41,632 nt of DNA from the sequence record NC_027994.1. One strand, given 5' to 3'. The translations under genes and the position numbers were made by a program. Origin of the DNA: Escherichia phage K1H. This document shows positions 26,652 to 35,267 of this stretch, piece by piece. How positions within the stretch are numbered: the first letter of the stretch is position 1; the number at the start of each line of letters is the position of its first letter. Under the pieces are notes generated by a model. The model searched no databases and had not been told where the DNA came from. It was given only the letters and a program-made list of their open reading frames with translations.

Positions 26652-28832
26652 TTACTTGGCATAACGCTTCATCTCCGCGCCTTCTGCTACAAGAGGGAAC
26701 CCCTCGGCCCACTCTGGTAATTCGCACATCAATCGTTCCAGTTCTGCGACATTGTATTCTGGTAAATCTGGTGTCTCGCAGATAATCTCATCGTGAACAT
26801 GAAGCACAATCGGGTAGCCGTTTGCTTCGACGTTCAGCAGTGCATTAGCCAACAAATCACGGCACAGCGCCTGAGTGCAGTTTTCCACGAGTTTACCGGA
26901 ATATGTGTACTGGAAGCCCCACTGACGGGTTAACTGGTTTTCGCCCTGGTACTTGATGCGCACGTTGGTAGACACCTTCCCGTCTTCGTCTGTCTCTTTC
27001 GACACGCTTAGCCCAACACCCGGATAAGACATAACGCGGCCCGACGGCAACGTCATCCGCAACCACCAACCGGCGACTTTGTTGCCGTTGTTGTCCGTTT
27101 CTACGTTGCGCGAAAACTTAACTCCCCGCGGCCCTGCGGTGAACTCTTTGCCCGGATTGCGGATAGCTGCCATAGCTGCGTCTTCAATATCCCGCCAGAA
27201 AGCTACTGTTTCCGGGTGTGACTCACGCCACATACGCTTGATAGCGTCGCAGGTACGCCACACTTTCTTATCAAGAATATAAGATGGTCGGTCATCATTT
27301 TCACCTGGACGTGGTGGTCGCTTGGCTTCCTGAATACGCGCCCACTCATATCCACGTGCGGTAGCAGCCCAGATGTGGTCGGGGAAAGTCCCGTCCATTG
27401 TTTTTGTCATATCAACAAGGTCAAGGCCGAGGTTCTTGGCGAACTGTACGAATGCGCCGACACCCCCCGCGTAGCCAAGTCCAAGTTCGCATGCCTTACC
27501 AATCTGGCGTAAGTCTTTACGTTCTTTCTTAATGTAATCCGGCTCCATGCCGAACATCTTGCCTGCGGTTACGCAGTAAATATCCAGCCCGGCACGGAAC
27601 GTATCAAGCGCGGTTTCTTCGCCAGCCAGCCACGCCAAACCGCGGCCTTCAACGTTCGAGTAGTCGGCGACGACAAACTTATGTCCGGCTTCCGGGATAA
27701 TGCAGCTGCGAACCGTAGATGCCGTTAGCTTGGCTACATCAAAACGGCGATGTGCTCGGCCCTTAAGTAATGCTGAAATACCTTTATCCAGTTCATCATC
27801 GTGATAGTACCCACGCGCCAGGTTCTGCGGCTGGAAGCCTTTACCCGCAAATCGTAACGTACGTTTAGCTCCACCATACTGGATGCAACCGCGACGGCGG
27901 TCGTCAGACGAGCGGCCTAACAGCAGCGGGTTATATTTCGTTGACGCAGTGGATGCCGCCCCGAGGCGCATTTCTATAATCGTGCGGGCGTCGTCCGGTA
28001 AATCATCGTCAGCAAGCAGGTCGTTAAGCGTTGACTTCTGCGCGTTGTGGATGCGATGCGCAGGCGCCAGTTCACGCAGAATCGGCAGGAAGTCCTTACC
28101 TGTAAGCGAGCCGCCGTATTTACGTTGGGCTTCTTCCTGTAACTGTGCCTTGTGTTTCTCCACAGCTTCAATTGCGGCTTCCGCCAGCGCAACGTCGACC
28201 TTAAACCCGCGGTCGTTAATTAACTGGTCCAGTTCCAGTACACGGTCTTCGAACTCGGAGTTACCCCAACGCGGCAACTTATGGAACACTTCACGCATCG
28301 CGGTGATGTCGCTAACGGCGTACTTGATGAACAGCGCCCACTCATCCGGGTGCGTTTCAGCAGTGTAGCGGCGAATTTTGTAGTTCTTCGGCGTCGGTTT
28401 AGAGAAACGCTGAATAAGCGCTTTGCCTCGTTTGTCTTTCGCGTTGTCTGCAGACACGCCAAGCACTTCGCACAATGCGTCGAGTGAACCCGGCAGCGCG
28501 TGACGAAACGCCCAAATCATCGTATCAATGGTGTTGCTTACGGGAATATCAAAACCCCAGCAGTGCTTCATGATGAGTCTGTCGAACATTGAGCCGTTGT
28601 GCCACACCATCTTAATACGGCTGTTTGGTTTCACCAGACGGCGTAACGCGCGGTGCAAATCACCCGGCATGTCGCTGCCGTTGGTGCAATCCCATACCTG
28701 CACAGGCTCGTCGTCAAAAGCATATGTGCAGATTAGAACTTCGGTGGTTGGATGTTCGGCGTAAGCGTAGGAGCCGACTTTCTTCAAATCGGCTTCGGAG
28801 AATGTTTCAAAGTCTAAGAACAGGTAACTCAT
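26652..28832 (-). CDS. DNA polymerase I-like (family A) with 3'-5' exonuclease domain
   Basis: 726 aa; N-terminal DFETFSE exonuclease motif; size and position in replication module. Confidence 0.85.
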   Translation of the reverse strand: MSYLFLDFETFSEADLKKVGSYAYAEHPTTEVLICTYAFDDEPVQVWDCTNGSDMPGDLHRALRRLVKPNSRIKMVWHNGSMFDRLIMKHCWGFDIPVSNTIDTMIWAFRHALPGSLDALCEVLGVSADNAKDKRGKALIQRFSKPTPKNYKIRRYTAETHPDEWALFIKYAVSDITAMREVFHKLPRWGNSEFEDRVLELDQLINDRGFKVDVALAEAAIEAVEKHKAQLQEEAQRKYGGSLTGKDFLPILRELAPAHRIHNAQKSTLNDLLADDDLPDDARTIIEMRLGAASTASTKYNPLLLGRSSDDRRRGCIQYGGAKRTLRFAGKGFQPQNLARGYYHDDELDKGISALLKGRAHRRFDVAKLTASTVRSCIIPEAGHKFVVADYSNVEGRGLAWLAGEETALDTFRAGLDIYCVTAGKMFGMEPDYIKKERKDLRQIGKACELGLGYAGGVGAFVQFAKNLGLDLVDMTKTMDGTFPDHIWAATARGYEWARIQEAKRPPRPGENDDRPSYILDKKVWRTCDAIKRMWRESHPETVAFWRDIEDAAMAAIRNPGKEFTAGPRGVKFSRNVETDNNGNKVAGWWLRMTLPSGRVMSYPGVGLSVSKETDEDGKVSTNVRIKYQGENQLTRQWGFQYTYSGKLVENCTQALCRDLLANALLNVEANGYPIVLHVHDEIICETPDLPEYNVAELERLMCELPEWAEGFPLVAEGAEMKRYAK

Positions 28833-28845
28833 TATTTTTGACCCT

Positions 28846-28872
28846 TAGTAAAAAGGCCCAATGAAGGGCCTT
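28846..28872 (-). terminator. Intrinsic terminator/attenuator between SSB-like gene and DNA polymerase
   Basis: GGCCC-N6-GGGCC followed by TTTTT on minus strand. Confidence 0.45.
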
Positions 28873-28891
28873 AGTTAAATTGATTCAGATA

Positions 28892-29518
28892 TTAGCGACG
28901 ACGACGCTCGCGGCGCGGTGCTTCATCTTCTTCGTCGTCTTCCAGGTCATTTACGCTGGCAGCGACTTTAGAACCGCCAAACGCTTTGCCTTCGCCAATG
29001 TATTTAATCGCCAGCAGGTTAACGCCGAGGACTTTATATTTCTGACTGAACCAGATTTCAACGCTTACGTTAGCGACGCAGCCGCTGTAAACCTGTTCAC
29101 CTTCAATCTGTTCGCCGTCTACATTGAAGTCCTGTTCTACCTGAGTCTCGCCTTTTTTAGAGGTTACAATCAGTGGCTGTTTCTGTGCCTTCGCCTTGAA
29201 GTAGAAGCCTTCCGGGAAGTCTTCAAACGGATTGTCGCGCTCGGCAATGTCTTTAATCGCACATTTATCCATGTGCTTACCTTCGCCGTAGTTGGACTTC
29301 ATCCACTTCTCAGCGGCAGCTGCGCCCAACGCTTCTTCAACCACAGCGTAAACGGTGTCGTAGAGCGCGTCGATTTGTGCGTGGTCAGACGGCAGGATGA
29401 TAGTCGCGCTGTACTGGCCTTTAGTGATTGAGCCATCATCGTTTTCACGGTCTTTTTCGCGTTCGAATACGTTAACCCATGCAGTGTTTACTTTACGCAG
29501 ATTCAGTTTAATACCCAT
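28892..29518 (-). CDS. Single-stranded DNA-binding protein-like (DUF2815-like, tentative)
   Basis: 208 aa; acidic C-terminal tail (DLEDDEEDE); position between nuclease and polymerase. Confidence 0.45.
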   Translation of the reverse strand: MGIKLNLRKVNTAWVNVFEREKDRENDDGSITKGQYSATIILPSDHAQIDALYDTVYAVVEEALGAAAAEKWMKSNYGEGKHMDKCAIKDIAERDNPFEDFPEGFYFKAKAQKQPLIVTSKKGETQVEQDFNVDGEQIEGEQVYSGCVANVSVEIWFSQKYKVLGVNLLAIKYIGEGKAFGGSKVAASVNDLEDDEEDEAPRRERRRR

Positions 29519-29571
29519 CGTGATTTCTCGCTTTTCAGTTTACTCCGGGAACTGCCCGGCCAGTGATTAGA

Positions 29572-29600
29572 ACTATAATAGCTAACTATTCAGGTGTCAA
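29572..29600 (-). promoter_or_regulatory. Sigma70-like promoter, class 2 (TTGACA-N17-TATAGT) with dyad TAATAG-CTAA-CTATTC
   Basis: Minus-strand -35 at 29595-29600, -10 at 29572-29577. Confidence 0.55.
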
Positions 29601-29604
29601 CACT

Positions 29605-30870
29605 TTATTCCGAATCTTCTTCACTAACCTGATTCCACTCAGGACGTTTGTCGTCTGCCGTTGCGACACATGGTGCGCCTGGCTTACGGGTAATAAACGG
29701 CTCAAGCGCTGCCATCTCATCCGCCGAAAGAACTTTTGCTGCCTCCGTAGGGGTCATCAATACCTCTTTTTTGAGAATGTCGCCGTGTGACACTTCAATC
29801 GCATCGGCATCTTTCCACGCACGATTACCCTGGCGGCCTTCTACCAGTTTGTACCCTGGCACTTTCTTACCGGAATGCAATGCGGCGGACATCGCTTTCT
29901 CAACCTTGTCGATGTGCTGGCGCAACAGCGGCAACTTCTCATACTCAACTACGAGTTGCTCCGTCGTCAGTTCCAGCACAAAGTCGTCTTCAAGTTCTTC
30001 CGCCAGTACAGAATTAACCGTCTTTGTACGCGCGGCACACTGTTCAGAGAACCGGCACCACTGGCAACCATCTACTGACGGCTTAAAGTCTGACGCTTTC
30101 AGGTTCTTCTTACCGCGGAAATATGCATCAAGTGCTAACAGTGCTCGTTTTTGTGCGAACTTAGCGAACAGTTCCAGGCCTTCAACCGAGATATCCCACT
30201 CCGACGCACCCCCAGCGTACGGCTGGAAGATGACCAGACGAACAGTTGTTATGTTATAACGTCTCTTGAGTCGGCGATAGACACCGAGCGCGTAAAGCAT
30301 AAGCTGCTTGTTTTCTTTCGCTTCGACGCGATGCCGTCCTGTTTTCAGGTCACCAATAATGAGCATGTGCTCGTCGGTGTTTGCCAGTTCCTGTACGGCA
30401 ACAAGGTCAGCAGTTCCGAACGTTTCAACGCCTTCGTAGCCTGGGTGCAACACCTCAGTAAGATTGACGCGCATTTCCAGCTTAGCGTAAGTCGCTACAT
30501 CAATAATCGCTTTGCAGTAGTCGGTGTACTTGCGCACCTGCTCAATCATGTCCGTCGTAATCAGTACCGCGCCTTTCATTGGGCTGATTAGCGCCTTAAT
30601 CTGGCCTTTACCCTCATCCAGCACATAAGCGCCAACTTCACGCTCTAATGGCAGAGCAGTGCCTTTGATGTACTGGTTAAGGTGCATCTCCGCTATGGTG
30701 TGGCATGCAGTCCCTGTAACGGCGGCTTTACCAGACGTGTTGGGAATATCTTTCTCACAGGCCAGTGACGCACTGCACGCCAGCCACTTTTTAGCGCCAG
30801 ACGGCGACAGTAAGGCGTGCACATCGTTATTGCCGCCGCGTTCCTTTAAAATCATACCCTGCTCTCCCAC
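29605..30870 (-). CDS. PD-(D/E)XK family nuclease (DUF2800-like, Cas4/RecB-type with C-terminal Cys cluster)
   Basis: 421 aa; N-terminal LSPSGAKKWLAC..., C-terminal CQWCRFSEQC cluster. Confidence 0.6.
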   Translation of the reverse strand: MGEQGMILKERGGNNDVHALLSPSGAKKWLACSASLACEKDIPNTSGKAAVTGTACHTIAEMHLNQYIKGTALPLEREVGAYVLDEGKGQIKALISPMKGAVLITTDMIEQVRKYTDYCKAIIDVATYAKLEMRVNLTEVLHPGYEGVETFGTADLVAVQELANTDEHMLIIGDLKTGRHRVEAKENKQLMLYALGVYRRLKRRYNITTVRLVIFQPYAGGASEWDISVEGLELFAKFAQKRALLALDAYFRGKKNLKASDFKPSVDGCQWCRFSEQCAARTKTVNSVLAEELEDDFVLELTTEQLVVEYEKLPLLRQHIDKVEKAMSAALHSGKKVPGYKLVEGRQGNRAWKDADAIEVSHGDILKKEVLMTPTEAAKVLSADEMAALEPFITRKPGAPCVATADDKRPEWNQVSEEDSE

Positions 30871-31124
30871 TGGTCAATTAAATGTCGTGTCTTATGGTCG
30901 CAGTGCATAGCCCAGCCATACATCGACTCGAAGACGTAAAAGTCCGGTTTGGCGAAAGTCGTGCGCTTAATATGTGACACGTGGCGGCCTATGTCTTTAG
31001 GCCGTGGCACTTTGCCTAAGTACGCCATATCTTCCATCTGGTGCGAGCCAGACGGCGCACGTAACAGCCATAGCGCCTCTGTGCTATCCCTCCTGTCTAC
31101 GGCGCGGTAGAGTTGGTAAATCAT
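30852..31124 (-). CDS. Hypothetical protein
   Basis: 90 aa; GAGGG SD; hairpin upstream. Confidence 0.45.
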   Translation of the reverse strand: MIYQLYRAVDRRDSTEALWLLRAPSGSHQMEDMAYLGKVPRPKDIGRHVSHIKRTTFAKPDFYVFESMYGWAMHCDHKTRHLIDQWESRV

Positions 31125-31167
31125 AATCCCGACCCTCAGTTAAAGCGGCCCGAAGGCCGCGGGATAA

Positions 31168-31686
31168 TTATTCTTCTTCGAAATACTTGTTCTTGATTGC
31201 CGTCAGGCGTTCCAGGTATTCGGCAAGGTCTTCGTCTTTAATCGCGGCAATCTTCATCTTCTTACCGGTGAACTCTTCCAGCAGTTCATCGGAATCATCG
31301 CACGCGGCGTCGCTCGGACCTTCGTTAATTGCATCGTCGATAGCCTGAATCTGGTCACGCAGAGACTGGTAATCTACTTCTTCCTTCTCTTCCGGTTCTG
31401 GCGTCGGTTCCTCTACTTTAGATTTACGCGGCTTGCGTTTCGGCTTCTCTTCTTCTGCTGGTTTAGTGTCGACGATGTCTTCACCTTCAACCGGGATTTC
31501 TTTCGCCTTCTCGACTTCTTCAAGTGCTTTAGCCAGTTCTTTTTTAACTGTCTCTACCCCAGTTACCGCGACGTCAACAGTCAATTCACCTACAGATTTG
31601 CTAGTCGGTTGTTTCACACTGTTTGCAGCAATCAGTTCGTGGGCGACTACGAAACGTTCCAGTAATACCAAGAATTTCTCTAACAT
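31168..31686 (-). CDS. Highly acidic early protein (function unknown)
   Basis: 172 aa, very rich in Glu/Asp with short lysine-rich patch; first gene of leftward operon from class-2 promoter; GAGGAG SD. Confidence 0.5.
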   Translation of the reverse strand: MLEKFLVLLERFVVAHELIAANSVKQPTSKSVGELTVDVAVTGVETVKKELAKALEEVEKAKEIPVEGEDIVDTKPAEEEKPKRKPRKSKVEEPTPEPEEKEEVDYQSLRDQIQAIDDAINEGPSDAACDDSDELLEEFTGKKMKIAAIKDEDLAEYLERLTAIKNKYFEEE

Positions 31687-31717
31687 TTGTTTCTCTCCTC
31701 TCGTTTGGTATGTGTTA

Positions 31718-31747
31718 ACTATAATAGCGAACTATTCACGTTGTCAA
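31718..31747 (-). promoter_or_regulatory. Sigma70-like promoter, class 2 (TTGACA-N18-TATAGT) with dyad TAATAG-CGAA-CTATTC
   Basis: Minus-strand -35 at 31742-31747, -10 at 31718-31723. Confidence 0.55.
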
Positions 31748-31751
31748 TGGG

Positions 31752-31782
31752 CTTTTCTAAAATAATTAATATGGTACTATTC
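31752..31782 (+). promoter_or_regulatory. Weak plus-strand promoter (-10 TACTAT, poor -35) with dyad TAATAT-GGTA-CTATTC
   Basis: TACTAT at 31775-31780; overlaps the divergent class-2 promoter; AAGGAG SD before ATG 31812. Confidence 0.4.
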
Positions 31783-31811
31783 ACATATCAACTGACTAAG
31801 GAGTAATTGAC

Positions 31812-32027
31812 ATGCAACCATCTGAACTAGGCATCCGTGTAGAACAGCGCCGTAAAGAACTCGGCATTTCCCAACGCCGTCTGGCTGTCCTGGCCGGTGT
31901 TTCCCAGGGCGCGATTAACCAGCTGGCACTCGGTGTAACTAAGGACGTCCGCCCAGCGACGCTGTTTAAACTGGCGGAAGTGCTAGAGGTAGACGCCAAG
32001 TGGCTGGCGTTCGGTGAAGGGGCTTAA
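31812..32027 (+). CDS. XRE-family (Cro/CI-type) HTH transcriptional regulator
   Basis: 71 aa; RRKELGISQRRLAVLAGVSQGAINQ... typical HTH_XRE helix-turn-helix. Confidence 0.7.
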   Translation: MQPSELGIRVEQRRKELGISQRRLAVLAGVSQGAINQLALGVTKDVRPATLFKLAEVLEVDAKWLAFGEGA

Positions 32028-32042
32028 CGCCCCTTTCTTTTT
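32018..32042 (+). terminator. Intrinsic terminator after HTH gene
   Basis: GGGGC-TTAAC-GCCCC plus TTTCTTTTT; stop codon lies in loop. Confidence 0.55.
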
Positions 32043-32044
32043 GC

Positions 32045-34312
32045 CTATTCTAAATCCTCCTCTGTCACTGTTAACAGTTCATTCGGTTCGTATATCGTCT
32101 TCGGAATCTTGTTATCAGTTATCCGGGTGTTCAGCCTGTAACGGCCAGGGATTATCTGATTGTTTTCGTCAGTCCCCGGAACAAGATACCCAGCCTCAAC
32201 CATTTTCTTAATCTTCCCGCGTTCTATGGCTTCTTTGGAGTTAAACGCCTTTGCATTGGGGTCAGACTGTGCGAGCTTATTAGCGGCGGCGACTGTGATG
32301 CCTTCGTTGCCGTTGTAGGTTCCTTCCGCCAGTTCAAACGCCGCCAGTATCGTGGCTTCTGAACTGTTGACGGCGTTCTCTATGGTTTTACGTACGTTTT
32401 CTTTACCTTCTTTCGTCAACCCTTCTTCCCGCTCTTTCTCCTCGTCAGTCTTGAACGGCTCGAAACCCCACGGCATTAACACAAGTGCCTTATGCGGCTC
32501 CGGCAGGTCGAGGTTTACGATTGTGCCGTATTCCTCCGTGCTACCGAGGAACTCAACCGCACGGTACTCTTTCGGCGGCGGCGCTTCACGGAACTGTACA
32601 GACTCCAGCACCATACCAACCGTCTTCTGTTGAGGCCCGTGCTTGAATTTCGAGTGGTATACATTTATCTGGCGGTCGGTAGCTCGTTCGATTGTCAGTT
32701 CCACGTCGACGCCAGCATACAGCGCCCCACTGCCACGGGCTTTCTTTCCGCCCTTCGGCGTATGGTGGACAACGCCTACCGCAGCTTTAGTCGCGTCACG
32801 TACTTCTTTCAGGATGGCGATAACCTTACCCATGCCGATTGCCGTTGATGAACTGTTCTCGTCGAACTTATCAATCGTCAGGGCTAGCGTCTGGTTGAGG
32901 GTGTCGAACGCAACCATGCCGATGGGTTCGTCACCCGCAGTTTCACGCATCAACTTAATCAGGCTTTTCAGTTTTCCGACTTCGCCCATGTCGATGACAT
33001 GTACATAATCTTTACCTTCCTCGCTATACTTAGCTGCGAGCGCATCGATACGGGTGCGTGTAGCTGCGCCGCCCTCACCGTCGATATAAAAATGGTGGCA
33101 ACGCTGCGTATCTGCCCCCGCAAACCGGTATCCGGCGGCGCTCAGGTACATCATCCCCAGCGTATAGAACGATTTGTACGTTCCGGATTCCCCGACAATA
33201 TCCCAGATACAATCTGACGGCATGTACCCTTCAACGACGAAATCCGCCTTTACCGGTTCCGGTAACTCGTCATCCTCTGAGTCCTCGTCATCTTCCAGGT
33301 CGTCGAGGCTGCATGAAACAGATTCACGTGCACCCCATCCGATGGCCTCTGCGACTTCACTGAACGGCAGCCCCGTCGCATCGCACGCATACTTCCACAC
33401 CTCTTTCGGTGACATGCCTTCGGTCGCCGTAATGTCAGTGTCGTGAATCATGGTTACGTTCGGCGCCTCATATCCCTCTCGCGGGAAGCACAGCAGGAAG
33501 TCATCCGGGCGCGGCGTCGGGTCGCTGTAGTTTTCTGCGTGTTCTGGCGTAGCTGGCATCTTAAGGCCTCGTGGCGTCATGATACCGCCATACTCGAACG
33601 CCAGTGCCTCGAACGCGTCGGTAAACGCGGTGCGCAGTTCTTCCGGTATCTGGTAATCCGATGCGCTGCTAACGTCAACGGCAGGGATGCCTTCCAGTAA
33701 CTCGTCCGGGTCAATCAGGTCGTTGCGGCGTGACCAGATAACGGTAGAGCCAACCGGAGGCAGGTACATCGGTTGCGAAAGAGTGAACCCGCTGCGGTCA
33801 GCACCCATGCTTTTGAAGAAGTGTTCCAGCAATCCATGGCGAACACGGATGATGTCACCACCTTCGACCGGACGGGCCAGCGGCATGACGACGCGAAAGC
33901 GCGGGGACTCGTCGGTATGTGATGCCGTGGTATAGATACACATGCCCCGGCGGCTGCGTTTAACTAAGCGCACCGCTTCCTGATACTCTTCTGGTGTTGC
34001 GCTGTCGAAGTCCAGATACGCCAGCGACGATTTGCTTACAGACGCGTCACAGCGATAGAAAAAGCCTTTACGCGCTTGCTTAAAGTCGCCGGTTTCCGGG
34101 TCTTTTACAGTGCTGTGCGTCGAGTCGCACGCGGCGGTGATATAACCGGGCGCGGTCTTCGGGTTAATTCCGTCACGGACAGCATCGAGTGGCTGGATTA
34201 ACTCTTTCAGGTCGTCCAGTGTTGCCGTGTGTGTGGTTCTGACGTTTATATCCTTTTTCTCTGCCCGCGCGTTGCGACGTGACCACGAGTAGGATAAAAT
34301 TACATCGGACAT
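32045..34312 (-). CDS. DNA primase/helicase-like replication protein
   Basis: 755 aa; central RecA/P-loop-like segment GESGTYKS and hhhhD motif VAFDTL; assignment by size and context. Confidence 0.65.
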   Translation of the reverse strand: MSDVILSYSWSRRNARAEKKDINVRTTHTATLDDLKELIQPLDAVRDGINPKTAPGYITAACDSTHSTVKDPETGDFKQARKGFFYRCDASVSKSSLAYLDFDSATPEEYQEAVRLVKRSRRGMCIYTTASHTDESPRFRVVMPLARPVEGGDIIRVRHGLLEHFFKSMGADRSGFTLSQPMYLPPVGSTVIWSRRNDLIDPDELLEGIPAVDVSSASDYQIPEELRTAFTDAFEALAFEYGGIMTPRGLKMPATPEHAENYSDPTPRPDDFLLCFPREGYEAPNVTMIHDTDITATEGMSPKEVWKYACDATGLPFSEVAEAIGWGARESVSCSLDDLEDDEDSEDDELPEPVKADFVVEGYMPSDCIWDIVGESGTYKSFYTLGMMYLSAAGYRFAGADTQRCHHFYIDGEGGAATRTRIDALAAKYSEEGKDYVHVIDMGEVGKLKSLIKLMRETAGDEPIGMVAFDTLNQTLALTIDKFDENSSSTAIGMGKVIAILKEVRDATKAAVGVVHHTPKGGKKARGSGALYAGVDVELTIERATDRQINVYHSKFKHGPQQKTVGMVLESVQFREAPPPKEYRAVEFLGSTEEYGTIVNLDLPEPHKALVLMPWGFEPFKTDEEKEREEGLTKEGKENVRKTIENAVNSSEATILAAFELAEGTYNGNEGITVAAANKLAQSDPNAKAFNSKEAIERGKIKKMVEAGYLVPGTDENNQIIPGRYRLNTRITDNKIPKTIYEPNELLTVTEEDLE

Positions 34313-34370
34313 GTTGTATTTCCTTCAGCAAGTAATTTGGCCTCGGCGTTCACCGCGTCGGGGCTTTCTT

Positions 34371-34691
34371 TTATTCCAGGTCGTGGGAGATATTACCCTC
34401 GGGCACCAACACTTTTCCAATACTTCTCGCTTTCTCTGTAATAGGCGTCGCTCTTGTTGCCCGATAAAACTTTCCTTTATTAAGAATCTCACCATGTCGC
34501 TCGAGCACATCTAAAGCATGTTTGATCGGGTTTACACCGTAATTATCCAACCGGTATCTCCGAAGCCCGTCTACCGTAAAAGCGCCGTTCGCTTCGGTCA
34601 GTCTGCGTGCACACATTAATATGTGTTTCTGGAATTTAGTTAGCATCTTTAACGTTCTCCTTAATCCACGCCTCCACAGTAGCGCGGTCAA
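34371..34691 (-). CDS. Hypothetical protein
   Basis: 106-aa track ORF overlapping upstream gene by 56 nt; true start probably an internal ATG. Confidence 0.4.
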   Translation of the reverse strand: MTALLWRRGLRRTLKMLTKFQKHILMCARRLTEANGAFTVDGLRRYRLDNYGVNPIKHALDVLERHGEILNKGKFYRATRATPITEKARSIGKVLVPEGNISHDLE

Positions 34692-34815
34692 AGGTACCTG
34701 GCTGACGGTAGCCGTTAATAACCCGGCAACACTCAGGGAACTTACCCGACCGCAGCCAGCGATTAAGCGTCATAGGAGAAACTCCGATTAAGTCTGCTAC
34801 TTCTTTCTGTGTCAT
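34636..34815 (-). CDS. AlpA/excisionase-family HTH DNA-binding protein
   Basis: 59 aa from ATG 34815 (AGAGGG SD); MTQKEVADLIGVSPMTLNRWLRSGKFP... matches AlpA-like pattern. Confidence 0.55.
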   Translation of the reverse strand: MTQKEVADLIGVSPMTLNRWLRSGKFPECCRVINGYRQPGTFDRATVEAWIKENVKDAN

Positions 34816-34844
34816 TTTACACGCCCTCTTTATCAAGTGAAACA

Positions 34845-34873
34845 ACTATAACACCCACAATAGCCAAACACAA
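34845..34873 (-). promoter_or_regulatory. Putative minus-strand promoter (TTGTGT-N17-TATAGT)
   Basis: TATAGT -10 as in class-2 promoters; 23 nt upstream of AlpA-like ATG. Confidence 0.35.
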
Positions 34874-34877
34874 CCTA

Positions 34878-34905
34878 TTGACAAAATAAAATGTAGCTGT
34901 AAAAT
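34878..34905 (+). promoter_or_regulatory. Strong sigma70-like promoter (TTGACA-N16-TAAAAT)
   Basis: Consensus -35, near-consensus -10; faces a 390-nt region lacking any ATG. Confidence 0.55.
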
Positions 34906-35236
34906 CAATGTATCGAAGGACCTTAATTCAGAATTACTTAGAAACATCATTCTTAAGTCTCGGGTACTTAAAGCCCCGCCCTAAAGCGGGGCGCTAAACA
35001 GTACTCTTGGTAACGTTAGTATCTAAGTTTCCTCAAAGTAACAGCAAGTAGCAAGAAAGCCTCCGTCTATTTAAATTTTACCCTCCTTCATAAGCTACTG
35101 ATAATTAAAAGTTTCTATAGTTGCCGTAAGCGAGGTAGAGAGTACTTCACTCCGCTGGGGTGGGCTAACGCCCACCCACTGCGTTGCGTACTCCTTTAAG
35201 AAACGAAAGAATCACAACGGCAACGTAACTATTCTC

Positions 35237-35267
35237 TTGCACACCCCAACATAATAGGATACTATTC
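35237..35267 (+). promoter_or_regulatory. Sigma70-like promoter, class 1 (TTGCAC-N17-TACTAT) with dyad TAATAG-GATA-CTATTC
   Basis: -35 35237-35242, -10 35260-35265; about 30 nt upstream of first early-right gene. Confidence 0.55.

Noticed and set aside
28880-29431. 183-aa plus-strand ORF antisense to the SSB-like gene
   Set aside because: Antisense shadow ORF with no start signals; the opposite-strand gene has promoter, RBS and an acidic C-terminal tail typical of SSB-like proteins.
32352-33935. Several plus-strand ORFs (60-120 aa) antisense to the primase/helicase gene
   Set aside because: All lie within one long well-supported minus-strand gene and have no ribosome-binding sites.
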